Position numbers and translations under genes: made by a program
DNA from: a virus
Lineage: Duplodnaviria; Caudoviricetes
Length of the DNA stretch: 64,000 nucleotides
Virus record (IMG/VR): IMGVR_UViG_3300045580_000473
Location: 1 to 64,000 of that record
Direction: 5' to 3' (one strand)
In this document: positions 9,349 through 16,814 of the stretch, piece after piece
Layout: the number at the start of each line of letters is the position of its first letter
How positions within the stretch are numbered: position 1 is the first letter of the stretch
The notes under the pieces: model-generated
Seen by the model: only the letters and a program-made list of their open reading frames with translations
Database searches by the model: none
Told to the model about the DNA's origin: nothing

Positions 9349-10751
9349 TTGTTTTTATCCCATGCATCAAGAGCGGCGTAGCCCATGGCGGGTGTGGCGG
9401 GCGAGTTGTCTGCCTTTAAAAACTGCAGGGCGAATGGAGCCCGATTGCCCCCCATGTTTTCCTTCCATGTGTAGTTGTCCTGCCGCGGAGCCACCTCGAA
9501 CTTTTGCCCCACCCACGGAAGCTCGTCCGACAGGATATTATCCCACACCCACCGGCCGCCAATCGTCTTCATCGTGCTGGAGTTCGTGTGGCCTGTGTCC
9601 TTCGTGGTGTACCAGCCCAGACTCTCGCTCAAGGGAGCTTCACGCCACTTGGAGTCGGTCAGGAACTTGCCCAGATTCTTCTTGAAGTACTCGCTCTCCA
9701 GCTTGCTCGGCGTCACGTCCCAGCGGTCGAGCACCATGCCCTGATACTTCCCGTCGGGCGTCTTCACGTACGGCACCTGCATGCCGCCCATCAACTGGTT
9801 GACGCCGAAGAAGTCGTACACGTTGGGCTGGTAGCTGGGATATTTGTTAAACGTCCTGAGAGCCGTCTCGGGGTCCTTGAGCAGTTGCTCCGGCCCTGAC
9901 GAGGAAAGACTATCGCGTTTCAGCCCGACGTGCGTCTTGCTGCTAAACAGCGTCTTGAGCCGGTCGGCGTACTCGGGGCTTTTCTCGTTGAGCGAGTAGT
10001 AGCCTTCGGGGTTCTTCTGCCACCACGGATTCGCCTTGTCGACCGGCAGGCCAAACTGCCGCCGCACGAGTTCCATGCGGGCCGGAAGCTGCTTGAGCGG
10101 GTCGGTCTCGCCCGTGGCTTTGTTCGTGCCCCAGTACTTCATCGCGTCTTCGTCAAAGTCCTGCTTGTCAAGAATAGCCGCGTTCCAGATACGCTTGAGC
10201 GACGGCGTGATCTCCTTCGTGGCCGTGGGGCGATAGCCCATCGGTATCTTCGTGTTGGCAATGTACCGGCGGAACCGGTCGCCCACGATGTTGCTCAAGC
10301 CCGCCCCGGTCAACGCACCTGTTAACACACGCTTGAGCGTCTGGCGTTTGCCCTTCTTGTCCTTGCCGCGGATGAGGTCGTACAGGCCGCCGACACCAGC
10401 CCCGGCCAAACCGCCGGCCACGGTATCGGGCACACGGAGCTTGGGCAGATGCCAGCGGATGTTCTCCAGCACCTCTTTCAGGTCGGCGGTCTTCTCGGCC
10501 GGGACAGGAGCCAGTCGCTTTTTCTTAGCTATCGCCTTGGCTTTCACACTGGGCCGCTGCTGGTTTAAATACCATAACGCGGCCCCCAAGCCGCCCACCG
10601 TCGCGAGCGGGGCGTAGTTCCAGAGCTTTTCTTTCACCGCGTTGTAGTCGTACGTGGCGGCGAAGCCCGGCTCATTGATGTCGGGCAGGTCGGGGTACTG
10701 CTGGCGAAGCGTGTCCCGGAAGTCAGTCGGTGAAGGGAAGGGAGCGGGCAT
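9345..10751 (-). CDS. Hypothetical protein with a Gly-zipper module
   Basis: 468-aa ORF; EKTA followed by GGLAGAGVGG...GALTGAG. Confidence 0.6.
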   Translation of the reverse strand: MPAPFPSPTDFRDTLRQQYPDLPDINEPGFAATYDYNAVKEKLWNYAPLATVGGLGAALWYLNQQRPSVKAKAIAKKKRLAPVPAEKTADLKEVLENIRWHLPKLRVPDTVAGGLAGAGVGGLYDLIRGKDKKGKRQTLKRVLTGALTGAGLSNIVGDRFRRYIANTKIPMGYRPTATKEITPSLKRIWNAAILDKQDFDEDAMKYWGTNKATGETDPLKQLPARMELVRRQFGLPVDKANPWWQKNPEGYYSLNEKSPEYADRLKTLFSSKTHVGLKRDSLSSSGPEQLLKDPETALRTFNKYPSYQPNVYDFFGVNQLMGGMQVPYVKTPDGKYQGMVLDRWDVTPSKLESEYFKKNLGKFLTDSKWREAPLSESLGWYTTKDTGHTNSSTMKTIGGRWVWDNILSDELPWVGQKFEVAPRQDNYTWKENMGGNRAPFALQFLKADNSPATPAMGYAALDAWDKNK

Positions 10752-10759
10752 TGGCGACG

Positions 10760-11734
10760 TTACTCCTCTGCTGTAGCCGTGCGGGCCGGAGCCTTCTCGT
10801 CGTCTTTTTCAGCAGACTCGTCGTCGTCCTGCCGGGCCTTGGCCGCGGGCTTCTTTTTCTTCTTGGGGGCTCGCTCGGAGACGTACTTGCCACCAGCCCC
10901 GGCGGATTCAGCAAGGCCATATAGCTTGCCAGCAGCCAGACCAGCCAGCGGACCCATGGGCCCAGCGAGACTGCCCAGATAACTGCCCATGCCCGCCGGA
11001 AGTACCCGCTGCCGTTCATCGAGAATCTGATTGAGCTTCTTGGGGTCATTGCGATAGGCCTTTCGCAGAGAATCCTCGCTGTTAAAGTTCGCGGCGGCTT
11101 CTTGATACAGCATGATCGGCGTCAGGGCCCGCGAGAGCATGTACGCGTCCCGGGTCAGGCCGCCACCCTGCCGCTTGAGCCAGCCGGTCACGCCCTTGCC
11201 CTTGGGCACCGGGCGGGAATTAAAGTCGATGGCGTGGCCGAGTTCGTGCGTGAGCGTGGCGGGCGAATTGCCATATAAATGCGTCGTGTCGCTGAACGGA
11301 TTGTAGTGCGAGCCCCGCATGGAATTCATCGTCAACGCCGTGAGCGGATACGACGCCAAGCCTAAGCCTTTGCCCAGAATGCTCGTTCTGGGGTTGCTCA
11401 TGATCCGGGGAATATCCCGGGTGAGTCGCGTGCCGCCCAAGACCACGGTATGGTTCTTCAGTTCCTGCGGATTGGCCCGCTCCATGTCTTGGGCAAGCTG
11501 CTGGAGAGCCATCGCCCGGCGGTCCTTCTTGCTGATCTCCGCCTCGTTCCAGCCGCCCGTGGCACCCTCCCAGTCCGTCGGGTTCACGTGGCTCTTGAGT
11601 GTTAAGAGCGGCAGGCCCGAGAGCACGCCGCCCGCTTGGCCGACCGTCGAGGCCAACGCCCGGCTGGGCAGCCCCGCTCGTTCAACGTTGATAGCCTGCT
11701 TGACCAGCTTTCCAAACGCGACAGCGTGCGACAT
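10760..11734 (-). CDS. Putative zinc metallopeptidase with Gly-zipper segments
   Basis: THELGH plus downstream YQEAAA; N-terminal AVAFGKLVKQA. Confidence 0.6.
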   Translation of the reverse strand: MSHAVAFGKLVKQAINVERAGLPSRALASTVGQAGGVLSGLPLLTLKSHVNPTDWEGATGGWNEAEISKKDRRAMALQQLAQDMERANPQELKNHTVVLGGTRLTRDIPRIMSNPRTSILGKGLGLASYPLTALTMNSMRGSHYNPFSDTTHLYGNSPATLTHELGHAIDFNSRPVPKGKGVTGWLKRQGGGLTRDAYMLSRALTPIMLYQEAAANFNSEDSLRKAYRNDPKKLNQILDERQRVLPAGMGSYLGSLAGPMGPLAGLAAGKLYGLAESAGAGGKYVSERAPKKKKKPAAKARQDDDESAEKDDEKAPARTATAEE

Positions 11735-11772
11735 GACAATGATCCTTGCTGGAGAAAAAGACAGTTATTTAT

Positions 11773-13623
11773 TTATTCAGTGGGCAGCCGCAGCGGGCCC
11801 ATCTTGTGCATCCGTTCGGCGAGCCGTTTGAGTTCCTTGGAGCTATAGCCGACGCCCGAGCTTCGCATGGCGGCCTCGTAGTCGTCCGCGGTGCCCTCTT
11901 CGGGCACGCTGGCCAACGCGTGAGCCGCCGCCGTGGGCCGGTCCTTGAACCCGTCGCCGATCCACTTGTACAGGCTGCGGGTCTCTTTATTCGCTTGGCG
12001 GCCACTGGGCCGGCCCCAGTCAGTCTCGATGTACGGGAACGGGGCCAGACCAATAGCCGTGCCACCGATCGGGCCGCCGAGGCGTAACGCGATATCAGGC
12101 GTCGGAACCACGCCGCCTAAATATCTGTATCCCACTTGGGGATTGAGGCCCCATTCGCCGAGTTGCCACTTCTGGCCGCCCCAGCTTGGCGAGAGATTTA
12201 ACACCCGCTTGGCAGCTTCTTTGCCGAAGCTTTCCGCGGCACTGCACTTGCAGTTCCACTTGCGTAACGCCTTGTTAATCCGGGAGTCGGGGTCCTTCTT
12301 GGTCTTGCTGCCCGTGTTCACCCGCTTCATGCCGCACATCCGTGAGCAGAACGAATTCTGGCGTTTATCGCGTTCGCCCGTGGGGTTCTTTTCGGTCACC
12401 GGAGCCTTGAGATTGCCGCCGGTTTCGCGGTTGTAGCTCGCCCGGCCTTTGGCGTTTAAGCCGCCCTCGTCGTTCTTGCCGGCAGCCCGTTGCCATGCTG
12501 GCGTGCTGGCCCATTTCACCACGGCACTTTTCACGCGTTCTTCGGCCAGAATATCGAGCATAGTATCGGGCTCAACGTGGTCCATGCCCATGAGCCAACC
12601 CTGAATGGGATCACCGCTGCTGCTGGACTTGAAATGCGTATTTAAACGGTCATAATCCGGCTGAAAATCCTGCACGGGATACTCGCTGTCGTCGTAGTCG
12701 CCCTGTGTATAGTTGCGGTAGCCCGCCCGCAGAGCTTTCGACAAGAGCGAGCCGGCCAACATACCGCCAGCCAGCGGACCAAACGGCAAATGCACAGTAT
12801 TCGCCGGCGGCTTTTTCTTCTTGGCCGTGGTTTTCGCCGCCGAAATCTTGGTGTTCACGGTATTGGGTGCCGACAGGCTGGCATTGCCGTTGATAATTCC
12901 GCTCATAGATAACCCCGAATGAAATTTAATTGGGTCCGTGGTCGCCGAGGACTGGCCGGCACCTACGGGTGTCGGATTCGCTGGCTGGGATTGTTGTTTT
13001 TGCTGCGATTGTGCTGGCTGGGCAGGGGCTTGAGCCTGCTGCATCCCCATTGGGAGTGGTATCTGCGGCGTGGCGACGGGGTACTGTTTTAAACCTTGGT
13101 TTTTTCCCACGCGGACGGGAACGCGGCCCTCCCGTTCAGCATTCATGTTCTCCATGGTCTGTTCAATCGCTGGAGATAACACCACGGAAAGCTTCTGTAG
13201 CAGCGTGTTTATGGCATTTTCGCCCTGACCTTCGTCGATATTCTTGCCCGTATCTATGCTGCTGGAAATCAGCCCCTTTTCTCGCTCTTCTCCGGCATAC
13301 ACTGGCTTTTCACTCTGCGGCATGTCGACTTTTTCCTGTTTGGAGTCGGCTGTTTTCGCGTTTTGGGCCGGATCGGGGTCTAAAATAGAAGGCACGGTAA
13401 AGTTAACACTGTCCGTAAATCGACGAATTAAACCCGAAATGTTAATTTGGGCTGTTTTCTCCGCGGGCTGGGTTGTATCGTTTTTATCACTGGCGTACAT
13501 GGGCAAATCCTTATTGGACTTGGGATATTTATGGGCCCAGCGTTTGGCGATATCAGGGTGTTCGGCCCAGAGAAAGCGGCGTTGTTTCTCAGATTTAAAC
13601 GGCATAGCGGATTTGGTTCCCAA
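11773..13623 (-). CDS. Mosaic protein containing a DUF6321-like module
   Basis: PFKSEKQRRFLW..HPDIAKRW module and TPAWQR..GK...GGLN.KGR...SFCSRM...DSRINKALRKWNC module, bounded by KxA motifs; alternative ATG at 13605. Confidence 0.6.
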   Translation of the reverse strand: MGTKSAMPFKSEKQRRFLWAEHPDIAKRWAHKYPKSNKDLPMYASDKNDTTQPAEKTAQINISGLIRRFTDSVNFTVPSILDPDPAQNAKTADSKQEKVDMPQSEKPVYAGEEREKGLISSSIDTGKNIDEGQGENAINTLLQKLSVVLSPAIEQTMENMNAEREGRVPVRVGKNQGLKQYPVATPQIPLPMGMQQAQAPAQPAQSQQKQQSQPANPTPVGAGQSSATTDPIKFHSGLSMSGIINGNASLSAPNTVNTKISAAKTTAKKKKPPANTVHLPFGPLAGGMLAGSLLSKALRAGYRNYTQGDYDDSEYPVQDFQPDYDRLNTHFKSSSSGDPIQGWLMGMDHVEPDTMLDILAEERVKSAVVKWASTPAWQRAAGKNDEGGLNAKGRASYNRETGGNLKAPVTEKNPTGERDKRQNSFCSRMCGMKRVNTGSKTKKDPDSRINKALRKWNCKCSAAESFGKEAAKRVLNLSPSWGGQKWQLGEWGLNPQVGYRYLGGVVPTPDIALRLGGPIGGTAIGLAPFPYIETDWGRPSGRQANKETRSLYKWIGDGFKDRPTAAAHALASVPEEGTADDYEAAMRSSGVGYSSKELKRLAERMHKMGPLRLPTE

Positions 13624-13675
13624 GCTGAATGTGCCTTATATCTTCGCAAATGAGGTGCCGGGGGTAAAGGGCTCT

Positions 13676-13714
13676 GATAGCTAAAAAAAGCCGCCTAGGT
13701 GTTAAGTAGGCGGC
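13676..13714 (-). terminator. Terminator with conserved TTTTTTTAGCTATC tail (copy 1)
   Basis: GCCGCCTA/TAGGCGGC hairpin, T7, AGCTATC. Confidence 0.8.
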
Positions 13715-13736
13715 GAGAAACTAGCAGATGTTACAT

Positions 13737-13949
13737 TCAAACGGAACAAAGCCGTTGAACCCGGTGAGCGTCATACCAGCCGGCGTTCGGGAGTGGGGTA
13801 AGTGTCGGTCCTGTGATGCTTTCCGGTTTGAACATGACCAAATAAGATGGGGCGGCCCAGCGGCTCCCGGGATAAATATCAATAACCGTACCCCGCATCT
13901 TTTCATCGTCATCGAACGTAACAACAACACGATCGTTTTTCTTAATCAT
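13737..13949 (-). CDS. Small hypothetical protein (SH3/KOW-like beta pattern)
   Basis: MIKKNDRVVV...GTVIDI; GGAG Shine-Dalgarno. Confidence 0.5.
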   Translation of the reverse strand: MIKKNDRVVVTFDDDEKMRGTVIDIYPGSRWAAPSYLVMFKPESITGPTLTPLPNAGWYDAHRVQRLCSV

Positions 13950-13976
13950 GACGTGTAGCTCCAGAGGGTGAAAAAA

Positions 13977-14294
13977 TCAGCAGATGCCGGGGATGTGAAT
14001 TCCGGCCTTGGACGCGGCGTCACGGTGCTGGCGGAAAACACGCTGCCAGTACCGGTAGTCGTCAACCGCCCTTTTTTGACTGGCCGGCGAGTAGTCTTCC
14101 CCGAGTTCAGGCGTCCACTCGTACGACAAGGCAAGTTCCATTCTGGCCTCGGCGAGGTCATACTGCTTCTTCAGGTCGATGACGTTCTGCTTGAGAATCT
14201 GGTTGTGCTCCATTTTGTTGGCAATGAACTTGAGCACGACCAAGGCGATCACGAACACCAGCATGACGATCAGGAAAAACTGTTCGGCGGTCAT
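13977..14294 (-). CDS. Hypothetical protein with an N-terminal membrane anchor
   Basis: AGGAG Shine-Dalgarno; first gene after promoter motif copy 1. Confidence 0.65.
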   Translation of the reverse strand: MTAEQFFLIVMLVFVIALVVLKFIANKMEHNQILKQNVIDLKKQYDLAEARMELALSYEWTPELGEDYSPASQKRAVDDYRYWQRVFRQHRDAASKAGIHIPGIC

Positions 14295-14336
14295 GTATAT
14301 GACTCCTAGAGTGAATGGTTACAGGTCCCTTATTTG

Positions 14337-14365
14337 ATATGCCCGGATTATGTTGGTTATTTAGC
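14337..14365 (-). promoter_or_regulatory. Putative phage-specific promoter GCTAAA-N16-GGCATAT (copy 1)
   Basis: Five copies with an identical 16-nt spacer, each upstream of a gene start. Confidence 0.75.
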
Positions 14366-14373
14366 CGGACGCC

Positions 14374-14447
14374 GATAGCTAAAAAAAGGGGCGAGTTGTT
14401 GAGTTAGGCAGGCACTACAGCCTGTTTCTCCTCTCACTCACTCCCCT
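14374..14447 (-). terminator. Terminator with TTTTTTTAGCTATC tail (copy 2)
   Basis: Irregular GGGG...CCCC hairpin, T7, AGCTATC. Confidence 0.7.
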
Positions 14448-14637
14448 TTACTGCGGTTGACGTACGCAGCTTTACGGGCAATACCCTATGGCTTTCGCCC
14501 AAGGGTTCGGGACCACCTTGCTTTTTTGGCCGTCTTACGGGCTGTCCATCGGATATTACGTCCGGGGACCAACTGAGGGATAAGCAGAACCTCGCCAGAA
14601 ACCAAGAAACATTAAACCAACATTATCGGGTACAGCA

Positions 14638-15081
14638 TCAGAGGCTGTACCACTTACCGGCACCGGGCAGACCAATAAAGGTCTTCTGCTCGCCGTCACG
14701 GGTCGTCCACGTGGCAGTGGAATACACAACGCCCGGACGGACTTTCACGTCAGCCAGCCCCGTCTCGATCGCGATGTAGACGGCGTTCCGCTGGAAGAAC
14801 GTCGCCTCTGGATTCACGTCGATGTTCGCGTACTCGAACGTCTGCGGCGGAGGGACCACTGCAGCCGTTCCGCACGCCACCAGCACGAAGGCCACCAGCG
14901 GGGCCGCGATTCCGCAGGTGATCCGGGTCGCGAGGTAGGCCCAGTAGGATTCCGGGGCCACCTTGTCGACAATCCGGTAGAGCACCGTGGCGAACACGAA
15001 GTCGCAGGCAATCATCAGCAGGAACATGATCAGGGCAGCGGTCAGGATTGCAAACGTCGTCATTGGTTTTGTCCTCTTCAT
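14638..15081 (-). CDS. Hypothetical membrane protein
   Basis: Two hydrophobic helices followed by a soluble domain. Confidence 0.6.
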   Translation of the reverse strand: MKRTKPMTTFAILTAALIMFLLMIACDFVFATVLYRIVDKVAPESYWAYLATRITCGIAAPLVAFVLVACGTAAVVPPPQTFEYANIDVNPEATFFQRNAVYIAIETGLADVKVRPGVVYSTATWTTRDGEQKTFIGLPGAGKWYSL

Positions 15082-15130
15082 AAAAGTATCGAAACCATCA
15101 ACACCCAGCCGAACACACGTCGGCGGGGAA

Positions 15131-15191
15131 AGTCCGTGTGCAGGATTCGAACCTGCTCGGCACCTTGGGCAAGTGCTTTCCTTTCACGGAC
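15131..15191 (-). ncRNA. D-armless tRNA-like element
   Basis: Acceptor GTCCGTG/CACGGAC; perfect T arm GCAGG-TTCGAAT-CCTGC; anticodon-like arm GCAC-TTGCCCAAG-GTGC; D arm replaced by AAAGGAAA. Confidence 0.6.
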
Positions 15192-15199
15192 GGCTTTGG

Positions 15200-15445
15200 T
15201 CAGCCGGAGACGGGCTCCGCGATGACCGTGCCGTTGGACAGCGTGGCGTGCTGGTAGCGGCGGCGGGTCACGCCGTGCTCCCAGTCGAACCACGCCAGAG
15301 CACCCGTGTCATTGCCGACAAACTCGGCGAACGACTCCCGGACCGCGGCGAGACCGCGACCGGTGCCCACGACCTTGACGGTCTCGGCCAGCAGGCTATC
15401 GAACTGGGCGGCCTGCTCACGGGTAAAGGTGGTGTTGTTCTGCAT
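15200..15445 (-). CDS. Hypothetical protein
   Basis: GGAG Shine-Dalgarno before ATG at 15445. Confidence 0.55.
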   Translation of the reverse strand: MQNNTTFTREQAAQFDSLLAETVKVVGTGRGLAAVRESFAEFVGNDTGALAWFDWEHGVTRRRYQHATLSNGTVIAEPVSG

Positions 15446-15547
15446 GATAGAATCACTCCACAGCGACACAATTGAGTTAAAGTTCAACAGCCCTGTCGAA
15501 CCCCGGGCAGGGCACTACGTCGCGAATAGTATTCCCCTGCTTATTAG

Positions 15548-15577
15548 ATATGCCGTGGTTTTGCTGTTTATTTAGCT
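15548..15577 (-). promoter_or_regulatory. Putative promoter AGCTAAA-N16-GGCATAT (copy 2)
   Basis: AGCTAAATAAACAGCAAAACCACGGCATAT. Confidence 0.75.
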
Positions 15578-15596
15578 ATTGGCGGGCAGGGGTTTT

Positions 15597-15626
15597 GATA
15601 GCTAAAAAAAAAGCCCCGAAGGGCTT
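15597..15626 (-). terminator. Terminator with TTTTTTTAGCTATC tail (copy 3)
   Basis: AAGCCC-TTCG-GGGCTT hairpin, T tract, AGCTATC. Confidence 0.85.
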
Positions 15627-15636
15627 CGGCTGGGGA

Positions 15637-15957
15637 CTAGCCGCGGGACAACCCACGGCAGCCGACGACGTTGCCAGCGTCGTCGCGGACGAGTTCCCCG
15701 GGGGCGAACACATCGTCCCGGTCGCTGCAACGAGCGGCGACCATCCCCGACACAACATAAACTGTTCCCCGCTTCGGGGCCGGAAGCCCCTCGACCTCGC
15801 CAAAGGAGGTCATCGACGTGGGAATGCCGTCGACCTCGGGCCCGGCGGCCCGAGTGGTGGCGACGCGAGCCACCGTCCCCGACTTTGCAATGACGCGAAC
15901 GTCACCAGCGGGGAGCACGATCTTGATGTCGTGCGGCGTCAAATTCGTAATCGTCAT
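15637..15957 (-). CDS. Conserved phage hypothetical protein (NLTPH family)
   Basis: NLTPH at the N-terminus, VVSGMV and RD..G.V.GC motifs; GGAGG Shine-Dalgarno. Confidence 0.7.
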   Translation of the reverse strand: MTITNLTPHDIKIVLPAGDVRVIAKSGTVARVATTRAAGPEVDGIPTSMTSFGEVEGLPAPKRGTVYVVSGMVAARCSDRDDVFAPGELVRDDAGNVVGCRGLSRG

Positions 15958-16335
15958 ATAAACCTCCAAAAAGAAACACGCAACGTAAACACGGACGTTG
16001 CACCCGTTTGCTCCCTGATGAGTGACGTGCTTGAGAGCACCAGCCCGGAAGTAAGCTTTCGCCTAAATCACATCCCAGCCGTTGAGCCGGATGTGCACCG
16101 TATCCAGCTTCTTGGCCAGCCGGCGGTTCAGCCGGTGGTTCAGCCGCTTGAGGAACTTGCGGCTCTTGGCCACACGGCGGGTCTGGCAGCGAAGGCTCCA
16201 ACCGCGATTCCAATCGGTCATACATACCTCCGTTAAAACAACAAAAGAACGCAACCAATCACCGCTGGTTGCATACGGGTGCACACAGTGAGTCACGTGC
16301 TCGTGTGCTCCAAGCCCGGTGTAGGTTCGCAAGAC

Positions 16336-16701
16336 CTACGGGGAGTCGCTGAGGCACGGCTCGACAATCCCACCGTGTTTTTCAATCACGGCTTCGACGA
16401 CCTCGACCGGCACGTATCCGTAGACCGTACCAGTGGCGTCGTCAGGATTCTCGGCGTACTCCATGAACTCTCCGACCCGTCGCGAGGGAAAGCCGATTTC
16501 GACGGCGATCCATGGCCCGACGCTATCCCGCGGCGTGCAGTAGTGCGTGACGCTCGCCTGTACGGAGAGCGTCAGCCCGTCGGCACACTCGATGGGAAGC
16601 ACCTGCCGAAAACGGTTCTTGGGCTCATCCAACTGGAAAGCCTTGAACTCTTCTCGGAGGTTTGCGGGGTCAAGCAGGTAGGCGTTGAGGTTAAACGCTA
16701 T
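16336..16701 (-). CDS. Conserved phage hypothetical protein (CADG..SVQAS..HYC.PR family); possible ATA start
   Basis: Family-like motif; frame stays open upstream of TTG 16632 to an ATA at 16701 preceded by AAGGA. Confidence 0.6.
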   Translation of the reverse strand: MAFNLNAYLLDPANLREEFKAFQLDEPKNRFRQVLPIECADGLTLSVQASVTHYCTPRDSVGPWIAVEIGFPSRRVGEFMEYAENPDDATGTVYGYVPVEVVEAVIEKHGGIVEPCLSDSP

Positions 16702-16770
16702 GGCCTGATCCTTCGAAGATGGCAGTCATACAACACAGGTGCCCGATGACTGCAAACCGGGGCACAGAGA

Positions 16771-16800
16771 ATATGCCACGGTATTGTTGTTTATTTAGCT
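16771..16800 (-). promoter_or_regulatory. Putative promoter AGCTAAA-N16-GGCATAT (copy 3)
   Basis: AGCTAAATAAACAACAATACCGTGGCATAT. Confidence 0.75.
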
Positions 16801-16814
16801 GGCGACCGACGGGC

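Noticed and set aside
14374-14391. Plus-strand TAGCTAAAAAAAGGGG resembling the 3' end of SAM-II riboswitches
   Set aside because: It is antisense to all genes and lacks the upstream SAM-II stem and loop; better explained as a minus-strand terminator tail.
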